Shown: positions 36,916 through 50,395 of the stretch, in pieces
Layout: every line of letters starts with the position of its first letter
Numbering within the stretch: position 1 is the first letter of the stretch
Assembly (NCBI RefSeq): GCF_018977255.1
Contig: NW_024704743.1
Coordinates: 59,894,001-59,958,000 of the forward strand
Direction: 5' to 3'
DNA: 64,000 nt
Origin: Callorhinchus milii
Taxonomy: Eukaryota
Made by a program: the position numbers and the translations under genes
The notes under the pieces: generated by a model
Database searches by the model: none
What the model was told of the DNA's origin: nothing
What the model saw: only the letters and a program-made list of their open reading frames with translations

Positions 36916-39337
36916 ACCCTGCTCTTTTTTTAAAAAAACTTTAAAACACGGACACCAATTTTTTGAATGATTAAAAAAAAAGGGGAAAATAGTCTTTCAA
37001 CGCGCAAGATCACTTTTCCAGGAACTTTTCACAGACGTATAATAAAATCAATAGAAAAAAATGACGGTCAGTTTGAACGCGTGTAATTACTGCATCTGAA
37101 TTGCATTTTCTTTCTGCATCCACATGTTATTCCTGTAATCTATTTGCTGACAGTTTAGTTTCTAAACCCTGCTCAAGTACACCGAGATCGACGCTAGGCT
37201 GATTTTAAATTGATCAAATTGACCTAATATTAACATATAGAGGGGTTGAAAAGGGGGAGGGTACATTTCGGCCCAAATTGTGATAAACAACACCACAATT
37301 GCATCCTTAAAATCGTATGATTTTGCCCTTCACGTTGACTTGAACTGCTCCCGAGTGCCGCCGGTTTGAATGGGAAATGTTTACCACGAGGGAGAAATGA
37401 ATCCACATGGTATGTGGTTAATGAGAAATGAAACCAAACACATACTCGGATGTGCTGTTCTGTGGCAACAACAGGATGTTCGAATACATTAATAAAACAC
37501 GAATTGTTCCGCGTGAAACCCGCGATTACACGTGTGACAGATTTTAAAGCGTCGCGCTTTTATGCAACGTGTTTACAGATAATCTGATTCTTTTAAAACA
37601 AGGGTTTTGCAGCTGTTTATCATCTGAACTATTTGGGATGTCTTTGACTCTCTGCCTCCCGCCACGTGTACTGAAAAATATATATCCAACCCAATGCCAT
37701 GTGCTAAAATTACACCACATAATAATAATCATCATAATAATAATCCTTGCAATTGATATAGCGCCTTATCACGTATTCGAGACTGTATTTTGTGGGCGAT
37801 ATTTTGCTGTCTCCTAATGTATTCATTTCTTAATCATTTTAATAAATGAATACATTAGGAGACATCCAAAGTTAACTGCTATTGTTGACCAAAATATCAC
37901 AATTAAAATGTTTTTTTCCCCCCTTTTGGATGGTGCGGTCTCAGTTAGATAATTTCGCAAATAGTAACATTCATTATCCATCAACTGTGAGTGAGATCGT
38001 TTGAAGTGTGTGACCGCTAAATTTCGATCCAAACCTCAAAAATGTAGCAAATAATCCGAATTATCCATTGAAACCCGAATACTTCAAAGCCTCTTGTTTA
38101 AATAGATTAATCCAATAACCGAGCTCTTTCTGAAAAGTCAATTTTCCCCATGAAATATTTAACAAATCTAGAGTTATTGAGAAGATCCTCTGAAATAGCG
38201 GATCTACGTTGATGCGTGAGTAAAAACCGTTATGTTTTCAGAAATAATCTCCCTTTCCATCCACCCCGAGTAAATGTTACATATTATCATGTGGATTCCT
38301 GAGTTGCTTCCCAGTCCTTAAATTTAAAACGCTTACGATTGTTAAATTGTTTATTTCTTCTGAATAGCGAAGCATCTGGTATTCACAAGGTGTCAGTAAT
38401 CTGTAACAGAATAGGATTTCGAGTTTCCGAATAAACGGTTTATAAACAGTTTGAGGATTTCTTAAATGCTTAGAAATCAACTCACAGCGAAAAAAACCAA
38501 ATTAAGGATCTCTCCAGCTTTACTACCATATCACCACGAAACCTTGAGTTTGTCAGCTTTTCAAAAAAAAATCAAACAGCTTTTCGTTTGAACCACAGCA
38601 TTTGTAAATGGCAAATTAATTACGTTGCGTTTAAAATCTCACATTTTGAAGTGCAATTCAAAGATAAAAAGAGGCATTTCAGTAAATTAAGTTATTTTTT
38701 AAATAGTAATAAATGCAGAGGTGTCACTGAAAACTACTAATGGTATTCTCAAATTGGAATTTGATAATAGCAACAACAATTTATGTATAAAGTGATTTAG
38801 TTCCTTCGGATTTAAGGGTTTAATTATATATATATATATCCTCAGTTTTATTTTTATGAAGCAGTGGCATCACGAGGCTTGTACTCATCTCCTGATGAGA
38901 TAACCAGATATAATATATTGGTGCGTTTCATTCTGAAGCAGTTACAGAATTCATCCGAAATCTTATTTTGTTATTTCCTTGACACTACCTCCCGGCGTGG
39001 AAATAACCGACGCCTGTATGTCTGTTCCTCGTGTGCTCTCCAGGAAAGGAAACAGTCTGCCCTCTGCTTTATCAATATCTAACACCTAAATAATGTAATC
39101 ACAAAGGTACTGTAGTGGAGCTCCGGACGATATCTATTGAGTAGTAAGACTAAAGAATATGGATTATTTTTCAGTCGGTAAGTACCTCTCCAACTGGGCG
39201 TTATATTGTTTCATATATTGTAATTCTACAACTCTGTTTAACTCAAGCCATGTTTTAGAAATGTTCTGAACAGTGTTGTTCTTCATTTGATTATCTATTG
39301 ACTAATATATACATATATTATCTTTATCCTTTCATCC

Positions 39338-39445
39338 ACAAAATACACGGTCAATCCACTTTACAATACATTCTGTGAAGCGCTTTGAGGCGTCTCAATG
39401 ACGCGATAAGGCGCTATATCAAATGCAAGATTTATTATATTATTT
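39338..39445 (+). mobile_element. SINE 3' tail
   Basis: TTCTGTGAAGCGCTTTGAGGCGTCTCAATGACGCGATAAGGCGCTATATCAAATGCAAG. Confidence 0.75.
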
Positions 39446-40361
39446 TCCTATTAGCTTCATCATTTGCCAATTTGATTATATTAATATTGCAACAGCAAAG
39501 TGTTTCCTACAGTTAATACAATAACAGTATTGTCCTGGATGTCGCAGTGGAGACTCATATTTCGATAAACCTACAACCGAATCCCACAATAATAAAACCA
39601 TTCGCTATGTGTTACTCCATGTTCAGCCCTGGGATCAGGTTTGAAATCATTCTTAGTTTTCTCTACAGTGCAATCATTGTATAGCTCTTGCAACAGTGGT
39701 CTGTGTATCAGTGAAACGTTTCCTCAAACGTCCTTGTCATCCTGTATCTGTTGTGCGTGTGAAAAAATACAAACCAATCGTCAGAACTTGTTTCGGAGGC
39801 AATCTGTTCATTTTCCCCAGTGTGATGACTGCTTTGCATTTCTGACATTTGTCCGCAGTCTTATTACCAAACAGTTTTGACGACTTCCAGGACGGGTTTG
39901 AGAAAAATTGTGCTGGAAAATGTTCTGGGGATCCATTTCATCCAGACCCAGAACCAAAAACAACTACAAGGATTGTTCACACGTCAAAATCAGATTATTT
40001 CTTAGCTGGTAAAATATGGTTTTCTTCCATTTGAAAAGCAAAATGACTGGTTGGTTGTCGGATCGGTAGATACAGTAATTCAGTTATTTAGCATCAGCTT
40101 CCTTCATGGATCATTCATGTCGATATTTTTAAAAATCGTGTGCTAATATGGTGATAATGAGAGGAGTAAATAGAATATACTCGTGTCCATTATTTCAACA
40201 AACTCTAAGTCTAATATCCTTCTAATAAGAGTAAAATGTCTGTGTTTATCAATGGTTTTCCAGAGAAAACATAATGTTAAGAATTTTGTTTTGCTATTTA
40301 AAAACTAATAAATGTCATAGATTTCGATGTATATATATAGGTATATATGTGTGTGTATATA

Positions 40362-40495
40362 TACAAAGGTTGACCAAAAAGTCCATCAACCTTGTTGTCA
40401 TTACAATGGCTAATAAGTTTTAAAGAAATGATGATATATATTGTATATATTTAGATAATAGGGTAGATATCATGACGTTTTGGTCACCCTCTATA
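40362..40495. mobile_element. Putative Tc1/mariner-type MITE relic
   Basis: Imperfect terminal inverted repeats TACAAAGGTTGACCAAAAAGT ... ACGTTTTGGTCACCCTCTATA embedded in TA-rich flanks. Confidence 0.45.
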
Positions 40496-43400
40496 TGTAT
40501 ACATTATATGTGTATATATAAACGCAATGTGTTTGTAGAGATGCCTTATTGTTTCTAACGTGAATCCTGATCGATAGGTATATAATACTTTATTATGAGG
40601 TTTGCATATAATAAGGTTAGTTATTACAGCTTCACAATGGGGAACTGGTTAAAAATGATTGATATCGTATCAAGGTTATCTTAATATCAGAAGAGTGTCT
40701 TAATTATATATATGCTTTCATGAATGGCGTGATATTGGATATAGCATGTATATGCTTATTAAGCCACAAAGAAATATATACAGTTAGTAAACATACACAT
40801 CCAAAATAGAAATGTGCATAATATGTATCTGCACATACGGCATTGCATATTTACACCATGGTACACACATAAACTAGCTACGTGTGTATACAGAATAGAA
40901 GTATTTGAAAAACGTAAATCTAAAGATAACATTGATTCAAGCATACTATGCATTCGGTAATCGCTTATTAATTTCCATGACTAAATAGCGTGTCATGTAT
41001 GGACGCATGAAAAGATTTGAAGATGCGTCCATGAGTGTGTGTACGTCATATCAAACATATACACGTGTAAGTTTGCACTGCGACAGTATAAAATAATCGA
41101 ATTAACCCCAAAAAACAGCCGAATGTACCTGCCAGACACCCGGCTGTACCTGCCAGACTGTCATTGTGTACATTTTAATATTCAACTATTTTCTGTCCTC
41201 AACTACTCTGACCCATTCCTTGGCGAGTTTCAACAAATGGCCGCTGTTTTTTTGTCAATTCTGGTTCATTGGAAATCAGGACTATCAGTGAACGAGGATC
41301 AGGGCAACAAAAACAAGAACAGCATCACAAAATAAACGCAATAGTCAAAAGGAAACAACAGCAGACATCTTTCTTCTAGACAAAAGAAACAATATCAGCT
41401 GAAACCTTATCTCCAGAATGAGATGCCGCTTTCTGGCAGTGGAGAGTCAGCAATAATAATGACTGTGACACTCCAGTAACTCCAGTAATTCTGTTTTACT
41501 TTACAATCACTAAAAAGCTGTGGTCAAGCCGCTTAAATCATTTAAAAGAGCATAGCTAATGCGATTAACATTTTACCATAGCCCCGTTTACTCACTCGAA
41601 GCAGAAATAACATAATTTATTATTACGATGTCATGCTATCCATTCATTTTCAATCGATGGTATAAAAACGTCCATTCAAACATATTGCTTATTTATGATT
41701 CTGCATCCAGAAAACACTCAGATCTCTTGTGCAGTTACTTCTATTTACCTGACATGAATGACCAACGGCATGCGAGGGGTTTTCTTTATTAAATAAATTT
41801 CCAACAAAAAAAAGTGGTTTTCGGTGCCCGTCTTTCTTTGTTCATTCCGACAATATTGTACTGTGTTAGTAATATTGAAGGCACCATGGGGACGCTCATA
41901 TGTGTCCTCTCGTCTCAATGTCTGCGGTCGTTTCCGTTTTGACCATTGCGTTTATTTTGTGATGCTGTTCTTGTTTTGTGTCCTAATCCTCGTTCACTGA
42001 TAGTCCTGACTTCCAATTAACCCGAATTGACAGAAATCAGCGGTCATTTGGTGAAAATGACACTAACCCGACCAGTACAGTATTGGAAAAGGGTCCCTTT
42101 GACTCTTAAGATTAAGCATAGAGGCAGCAAATGTTTGCATCTCAGAAATAAATGAATGGTAACCCGGATTATCGTGTGGATGTGGATCAAATGTCCTTAT
42201 TGCGTGTTAATGTGAAAGTAGTGCTATACGCAGGAGGTGGGGGAATGAATGCAAACGCACTGAAGCGGCTACAGAAGGTACAAACAGGACCCAAAGTGTA
42301 AAACAGAAACGTTACATCCGAGGCCCGCTGAACCACAGTGCTGTGTAGTAAGAGTTAAAAACAAGATTAGCGATAGAACTGTAAACCCAGGAACAAAACA
42401 CACACACTCTTAAGTGCTGAATTTGTGGTTCTTGCGCTGCCACGTTAATAATACGGAATTTAAAAAGAAATAGTGATCACCTGTAGTCACCAGCGACACT
42501 TAAGCAATTATTGTCTGGTTGGCATACCAATTAGGAAGCAAACTGCATTTGTTCCTGTCAAGGGTGCTTAGATCGATCTTACCTCTTCTATCGGGTAGAT
42601 GTCTATCCACATTGAACCCATCGGTTGACTTGTCTTCTGGATTTGGTTTGGTTTTATGCAAAAAAAAATACATTAACATATCGCAAGTGGAGATTTCATC
42701 TTAGGAAAGGAAGAGCAGCTTCTTGTCGCTTTGCCGACTGTGCAGAGAAAGATGCTCTGCGGTCCAGGCGAGGAGATTTGAAAGCCCGTGTAAATAATAG
42801 TTATAAAGTTCTTTTTATAGTAAAATGAGCACTGAAACTAAATGCTGCAGTTAGACAACCACTTTGATAAGAGGATAATTGATGCGACAGTAGTGTATAA
42901 TTAGAGGATAATTTATGCTATATCCAGTATTTTATCCCGAATGCGGTCACAATAATCACAAGACAATTGTTGTGAAATTTATTGGAGCAATTTTAAAATA
43001 ATCAAGATAAATTTTGTGCATTTTTGAGTAGGACAATTATTATCTCTCTACACACACCAACGCCTAAAATAAATACAACACAGTATTGCTGTTTTGATCA
43101 AACCAATACAATAAAGCCATTCATAATTTAAATCTAATTCCTGGAGGAATGTGCATGCAAATATTTTGCATAATTACTCCGTCTATGAATTCAAATATGC
43201 CAAACCACAATCACAATTCGCATATCTTTCAAGCACCCAGGCCTTTCTGAAACAAGATGGGTCACTGACAGTGCTGGGGTAGGTTTCCAGTCTGAAAGAC
43301 ACAAGCAAAAACCCTTTACTCCTTCAGTTTATTCCTCGCGCTCTTTTCGTGGTGGGTTAAATTACTTCGCGATTAAAATAAAGTATTTATTTGCAAATGA

Positions 43401-43599
43401 CCGATCAGCTCGGGTGTCCCCACACGCTCTACAATCTGTGCGTGTATCCGCACTGTAGCATGTTAATAATATGAGTCAGCTTTTTTTATTCCAATGCCAT
43501 GTGCTAGCGTTAAGAAGTAAGCTGTGGGGGTTTTTTCTCAAGAAAGAACAACAGCAAAAACACAGTCTCCTGCAACCCGGGCAAGTGTTTTAGCAATTC

Positions 43600-44089
43600 C
43601 TGCCTCGGATGTGTAATTGTGTTGGATCTTTGCAGAGAGAGTGGGGGGGTGGGGGTGGGGGGGGAGCAAGGTTTGGGGCTGTTGTTGGCGGGTGTGGAGG
43701 CTGTGCTGCGGGTTAACCCTGTGCTCGCCGGACCCGGGGGCTGCGGGAGGATGACGAGGAGGCGCGGAGATGACCAATCAGGAGCCGCTGCCCTTTGGAG
43801 ACAAACCATTCGACTTGTGGCACATCGCACACCGTCTGCGCCGAGTCTCACAGCGGAGCCCCAACTTCAGCGGAACCCAACCTACAAACCAACCTCAACC
43901 CCAGCCCCCGCCGCCAATCCCCACACAGCCCCCTTCCTTCCTCATTTCCTTCCTTCCTTCCTTCCCTTCCTCCCTTCCCCAATAACCTGGAGCGAACGCG
44001 GCCCACGCTTTCTCCTCCGAAGACTTACCCCCTCTTCATAAAAAAAAGAGCACTTCGCCTTTAAGAGCTCCTCCAGTTGAAGTTTTATA
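43600..44089 (+). promoter_or_regulatory. Dlx6 CpG-rich proximal promoter / 5' UTR
   Basis: GC/CpG-rich sequence immediately upstream of the ATG. CCAAT box (GACCAATCAG) at 43774-43778. Confidence 0.6.
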
Positions 44090-44381
44090 ATGACCATGAC
44101 TACGATGGCTGACGGGTTGGAAGCTCCGGACTCTAAGTCTGCCTTCATGGAGTTTGGCCAGCAGTCCCAGCAGGGCTCTCCGGCCATGGCTCCCGGTCAC
44201 TACCCGGTGCACTGCCTGCATTCAGGAGGACACTCACATCAGCACGACAGCTCGTACCCGGCAGCCAACACGTATAACAGATCCATGCCTTATCCCTACG
44301 TGAGTCACTCTCATCACAGCCCTTACCTGCAGTCCTACCACAGCAACAACACTGGCAACCAGACGCGCTTAGACGAGACAG
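44090..44381 (+). CDS. DLX6: Dlx6 coding exon 1 (CDS join 44090..44381,45202..45395,48580..48828; 244 aa)
   Basis: Translates MTMTTMADGLEAPDSKSAFMEFGQQ...HHSPYLQSYH, the characteristic Dlx6 N-terminus. Donor G|GTGAGT at 44381/44382 (phase 1). Confidence 0.97.
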
Positions 44382-45201
44382 GTGAGTGCACAGCTGCACT
44401 GGGAGCCATCCACACTCGGCCTTTCAGTCTTCCCTCTCGATTCAACCGCGTTACCCTCCGGTGGGGCGCACAGCACACACTGACTACCGCGTTCATGGTT
44501 TTGTGTCGCTGACTTTGTTCTTCGCCATGTTTCGATTTCGGTTTGTTTTCGACATCCTCTGCTCTGCAGATCTTTCCCTCAAACCTCCCGCTCGACTTCT
44601 GCACTCTTGCTGTATTTGGCCGGGTTCACATTGACAGTTCAGTCAGCTTTATTCGACTTATCCATATTGCCTCATTTATTTGTTGTTAACTGTGCCTGTG
44701 TGTGTGTGTGTGGGGGGGGGGGGGGGGTGGGTAAGAGTCCAAATTTTCAACAAAGAACAGTAAACCCAAAGTGGTACATCAAAACTGACATTGCTCGTTC
44801 CCTCACTTTTTTTTAAATCCGATCTGATCTCCTGTCGGTAACGTGCTCCAGGCTCTCGTCCTTTTTCGTCCATTAAATGGTATAAAGCATCAAAGTTTTT
44901 GTGATTATATGTAGTTGTTAAATTGCNTTTTTTCGGACTCGTTAGTTCTACTCTGCATGTTTCTGATTGTAGTTTGCCAGAGGGCTGAAATAATGGAACT
45001 CTGAATTTTTTGCCATGTTAGATTGTTTCAGAAGTTAGTTGTTCCTGTTTCTAAAACATCCGTCAAGATGTCTCCTTAACCCCCGAGAAACTTGCAGAGG
45101 AAGGGTATATGCGTTGAGGTGGGTTAAGGAATGAGCTGCGGATGTTTGGGGGTTCACGCAAGATATCTGCATCGTCTACAGTACATATCCTTGTTTTGCA
45201 G

Positions 45202-45395
45202 AGCCGCAGAAGACAACGGTGATTGAAAACGGGGAGATCCGTTTTAATGGGAAAGGAAAAAAGATCCGCAAACCTCGCACTATCTATTCAAGTCTACAGC
45301 TGCAGGCGCTAAACCACCGTTTCCAGCAGACACAGTATCTGGCTTTGCCCGAGAGGGCTGAGCTGGCCGCCTCGCTGGGACTCACACAGACACAG
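45202..45395 (+). CDS. DLX6: Dlx6 coding exon 2 (N-terminal part of homeodomain)
   Basis: Acceptor ttgttttgcag ends at 45201. Encodes (E)[64 protein letters not shown]. Donor CAG|GTAGAG. Phases match exons 1 and 3. Confidence 0.97.
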
Positions 45396-48300
45396 GTAGA
45401 GCACCCCACTCACACTGCGGACTTTAGCCTTTCTCGTGACCTATCTTAGATACGCAAAGTTACATTTGGCTGCAATACTATGAAAATCCAGTTGCATAGA
45501 TGCTCTACTTTAACGAACCGACGTCGTAGAGGCTGCACGCGTTATTTTATTTTATTTTTTTACAGGCATCGCATTAAATGAAATGGCTAAGATGAAACGG
45601 ACACATTAACTTGCTCAGTCCCTCTTCCCAAAGTCCAAGTGACGATTTCATAAAAACAAACGTATTTTTCAACAGGGTCTGTGTGCTATCTGTGTGTTAT
45701 TATAGCAGATGCCAACTGTATCTTTAAAAGCATCATATGCCCGTAATTTCGTTACTGGGATCAACTTGGATTACATGGAAATATCTAATCACACACTTTA
45801 GATTTTCTACAACGTATTTTAACACGAATAATTTTGTGGTACTTTCTTTTTGTTGTCGTAATTAAACACACGCTCATTTCGATTCCCCCCTCGCATGTTG
45901 CTTGCAGTGAAACTAACAGCTTTGTTGCCATTTGTTTAGAAGTCATGATTTCTGCTGTACATATGGGAGATGCAGAAAATTTGTTCCGCAAGATTATAAT
46001 AGTTTTAAAAAGAATCAATATAAATCCACAATGAACTTATAGTCTTTAGTGCAAACTGGTCAAGCACACAGCACATATGCAATGACCGAGTTACAACTTA
46101 CACGTTTGCTTGTCTTTTGTTTATAGAGCTCGAGGTATTTATAATATGTTTAGTGAATCTCGAATATGGCCACACAACAGAAATAGAGGGTCATCTGTAT
46201 TTTCTGGTCTCATAGATGTGATTGAACCTTTATAAAGATCACGTGAAGATCCACTCGGGGTTTGTCCCGTGGTTGAGCACTGGCCTTAAAATGAACGCAA
46301 TTACATTCTGCTTATGTTGAAACAAAGGTTAAGAAAGGCGGCGACGGATGTCGAATAACTTTAATTACTCCTGCTGTTCAGACTATGTACGATTTAGTGC
46401 AATATTTTTAAAAGTTAGACAATAATGGCCAGTGGGTGTTCGTTTATCCCGACTGAAATATGTGCTGGCTTGTTTTAAGCCTCGGATAAACGCATACATC
46501 TGAGTGTATTGTGGCAGTAGGATTATTGAGGTCAAGATGTGTGTTCGGTTTTGATTCGCTTCTGAATTCATTTCAATTGTTTTTAGTGACTTTCTTGAAT
46601 CCACAGCAGTCCTGAGCTCCAGAACAATGACAAATCTCAACATAGCAGATCAGAGGTTTTATTCCGGATTTAATAACTACTCTGGGCCAATCAAAACTCT
46701 CTCTGTGAAGTAGCTCTTCAACCTTACCAAATAAATGTGCATTATTTACCCTGGTTTCCACTCCACAAATACTTTAAGGAAAGGAATCAGTGAATTCTAA
46801 TAGTTCTTCATTTCCTTAAGTATTTCTGGAGTACAAATACTTCGATATAAAATAAAAATATAAAAATACTTATTAAATCTAAACATCCAAAATGCTTATT
46901 AAATATAAACATCTAAAAATATTAGAAACTGAATTACTACAACACTCCACTTAGCTGTTCTACTAACAATAGTATAAAATACAAAAAAATGCGTTTAAGG
47001 TCAGCATACATTAACAATGAAAATCTAATGTAACTAGTCTAAAAACCACAGAACAAGTATTATTGGGCATTAGACATGTTGGCAGAAATAGCTAACGCAA
47101 GAACATTGCTCACTGATAAATTAGCTGATTTGTTTCAAATTTTCAAATATAAACATATCTAAAGTTTCCTAACTGATGTTTTATTGCAGGATATGTCTTC
47201 TATACTTGTTTTTGAATCGTCACCCAATGGCGGGGATATAAAATACAATATGCTTAAGTCGGTGCTTTGTGCTGCATTATTCACTTCGCTCTCTCTCTCT
47301 CTCTCTGTGAATAGTGTTTATCAGGATTTATTCAGTACTTGTCTTTGGCTGCGCTGCACATTTTTTCTGCTTGGTCAAACCTAAGGTTTCCAGTTCGAGA
47401 CCAATAACGTTTTGCTTGTTTATTTTGGGAAGAAACTCACATAAGAAAACCAATATTGATGAGCTACTTTCCTTATTAAAATATTGAAAGAAATTCTGGT
47501 GAGAAATAAAATTTAAATATTAATTTGCGCAGCTCTGGTACTTAATAATAAAAACTAAAGAAACAAATTTCAAATATGGAGCCAGTAATTTTAAATATAG
47601 TAACCAACAGGCAATCTTGTGGAAAAGTTACAAGTTTCTGATAGCTTTGCGTTAGCTATGCTGCAGTAAACGTTTTAAAAGTATGATGATTCTGGTAACT
47701 TAATATAACTGTAATTGAAAATGAATCAGGCGCCTTTCAGATATTTCTAGATTAATACATCCAGTTTAATCCAAAACTGAAATTTCAAGTTTATTTAAAC
47801 TTTGGACAACTTAAGCCGTCTCATTCTACTAGTCACCTTCATATTGTTATGTATATCTTACATCTCATTCATTCAGTTTGACATGTTTAAACAATTTTAA
47901 TAAAGTTCAGTAATTTTGAGGAATGTGAGACATGTGAGTCTATTACTTTTCTGATTATCTGAATATCAAACTGGCAAATGTAAGTTAGTGAAAAGACATA
48001 GAAATGTCTCCACCCAAGGTTTCATACGTAATCATTACACATATTATTCCATTCTAGCTTTTCTAAACATTTATGATTGCAATCTAGAGAGGAAATAATT
48101 GTCTCAAATGATGTATTTTGCAACATTATTTACTTTTGAAGAATTCCCAGACACTTTTTGAAAGGGAGTGGAATTCCTTCTTTGCCAGCGAGAAAAAATA
48201 CATATGTTTTTACATGCCGCGATAGACACAGTTAACTAAACGCCGTAGAGTGGTGCGTCAACACAATAATATTCCCATTACATTTATGTTTGGAAGGATC

Positions 48301-48579
48301 CCAAACTGGCTGTGATTGAACTGAAATTGGTTCATGCCTTTATCCCGAATGAATTAGTACAACACTCCACTTAGCTGTTCCACTAACATGTTTTTTTTTT
48401 ACCTTTTCCCCCTAACTTCCCTGATTCGATGTTTGGTTCCAGATTACAGTCAGTGCCTTAATCCAACCATTTTCGACGTCAACATTGTTGACTTGGCCGA
48501 CGCGAAATACTTGTTAGTAATAAAAATCGGCCATCAACATGAGAGTTAAGCCTGTGTTTTCTTTTTCGTCCTACTGTAG

Positions 48580-48828
48580 GTGAAGATCTGGTTCCAGAAC
48601 AAACGCTCCAAGTTTAAGAAGTTACTAAAACAGGGAGGTAATCCCCACGAGAGTGACCCAGTGCCTGGATCCGCCGCTCTGTCCCCTCGTTCACCAGTCG
48701 TCCCACCCGTGTGGGATATCTCAGTTTCGACCAAAGGTGTTAACATGAACCCCAACAGCTACATGGCTGGGTATTCTCCCTGGTACTCCTCGACTCACCA
48801 GGACACCATGCAAAGGCAGATGATGTGA
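48580..48828 (+). CDS. DLX6: Dlx6 coding exon 3 (homeodomain helix 3 and C-terminus)
   Basis: Acceptor ttttctttttcgtcctactgtag ends at 48579. Encodes [27 protein letters not shown]...[15 protein letters not shown], stop TGA. Confidence 0.97.
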   Translation: MKIWFQNKRSKFKKLLKQGGNPHESDPVPGSAALSPRSPVVPPVWDISVSTKGVNMNPNSYMAGYSPWYSSTHQDTMQRQMM

Positions 48829-49247
48829 CAATCCGAGGCCAGAAATTCTCAATGGACAGACCTCAATGGGGTGAGAGAGAACCCCATAGTTTCACAGTGC
48901 CCACATGCCCAGGGTGCCATGATGGATGGGAGATCCAGCAACTATTTTAGTTACTAAGATCCAATGTTAAAAGAGACTGACAGTCAGCGATAAAGGACGA
49001 CCTGGCTGGTGACAATAGGACATTATAAAGGAGTCGCCACAGTCTCCATAGATCCATCCAATTTCAATGACCACAAAATGCCAATGCAAAGTGGAAGATT
49101 TTATGCTGATTTTTTAAAACAAAAACACAACATGGTTGGCGATGCTAAGACGCACTGGAGTCATATATAAAGACAAGCTGTATGTATATATTGTTTCATT
49201 TTTAGTTGTATATAGTTTATATGTTTTATGTCTCTTTCATACTGAGT

Positions 49248-49351
49248 AATAAATCACAAAAACGCCAAAATGTCTCGCAGTTTCCCCTGTTTAAACATGC
49301 ATTCCTGACAATGACAATCACTAATAGGACATTTTGGCAGCGCTTAATAAA
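49248..49351 (+). terminator. Candidate Dlx6 polyadenylation signals
   Basis: AATAAA at 49248-49253 and 49346-49351, 420-520 nt after the stop codon and following a U-rich 3' UTR segment. Confidence 0.45.
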
Positions 49352-50156
49352 AGCTGTTTTTTGGGGGGGAGGGGCATGGTTTGTTTTCATATTGTATCCA
49401 TGAATTCACAGAATCTCATTTAAATTGGGGGGGGGGGGGGGGGGGGGGTGGTGGGGGGGTCTGAAACTCCAGGTCGGGAATGTCACATATTCACAATTAA
49501 TGGTCATTAAACAAATACGCCATCTGTATACCTAAAGTCTGCTGCTCTATCGCTTTGCTTTGCGCTGCTTATAAATGAAACTATTCAGCCTAATTAAAAA
49601 ATGCCATTAAACCTTATGAAACATGTTGTTTTGCTCCCGCACATAAATCAATTGCTGAACAATTACTAAACCATTCCTTACTAACTCAGATTCATTTAAG
49701 ATTTGCATCGCATATTATATCGCCTCTCGGTGGAAAACTGGTGACAATAATGTAAATGTATACACTAATAATGATTATTGAATTCTCGAATGAATATTAA
49801 TTACAAATCCTCAAAGATAGGCCGCAGGAATCACTGGTGATTTAGTACTACAGACCCAGGTACATGCTTTATAATTGACAGCGCCTTTGACACTTGAACA
49901 TTGATCAGCATTGATAAGAAACCATGTAAAGATTCCCAAATGACAGTCACTGCAGGATACACAAAACGATTATTACTTACCAACATACAGTTGCATACTT
50001 CTTACCAACCAAGGAAGTGAATTACACAGCTCTATTATCAGACAGTGTCCTGATCTCCTCTAATGGACCTACTACACCGCTCGCAATGTCGACGGATTTT
50101 TTTTCGCGAGCTGGGAACATCTAATGCAAAACCCAACACGATCAATACTTAACAAA

Positions 50157-50395
50157 AACCTCCAGCTGCAGCCGCGACCAATTTAAAGCTGATATTTGGG
50201 ACAATTTACGGTATTATCTACGAGAAGAGCTTTAGACCATCATAGAAAGCGGTCATAATTAGGGTAATTTTTGATGTAGCCCGCTGATTACAGCGTTTTT
50301 ATAGTCAAAGATAATTACATGTAATTTTCTTCCACTTTTAATACTGAAAAGCTATCTTTATTTAGATTCGGGAAGGAGGGTGAAACAAAAGAAAG
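50157..50395. promoter_or_regulatory. Dlx5/6 intergenic enhancer I56i (ei; mDlx/hDlx enhancer core)
   Basis: Reverse complement reads GAATCTAAATAAAGATAGCTTTTCAGTATTAAAAGTGGAAGAAAATTACATGTAATTATCTTTGACTATAAAAACGCTGTAATCAGCGGGCTACATCAAAAATTACCCTAATTATG, nearly identical to the mammalian I56i core as I recall it. TAATTA sites at 50256-50261 and 50312-50317. Position just 3' of Dlx6 is as expected. Confidence 0.9.

Noticed and set aside
38892..38930. CTGATGA motif as another hammerhead
   Set aside because: No stem II followed by a GAAA box.
41124..41158. 14-bp duplication TGTACCTGCCAGAC
   Set aside because: Looks like a simple slippage duplication; no evidence of function.
44927..44927. Single ambiguous base n in Dlx6 intron 1
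   Set aside because: Sequencing or assembly ambiguity beside a T run.
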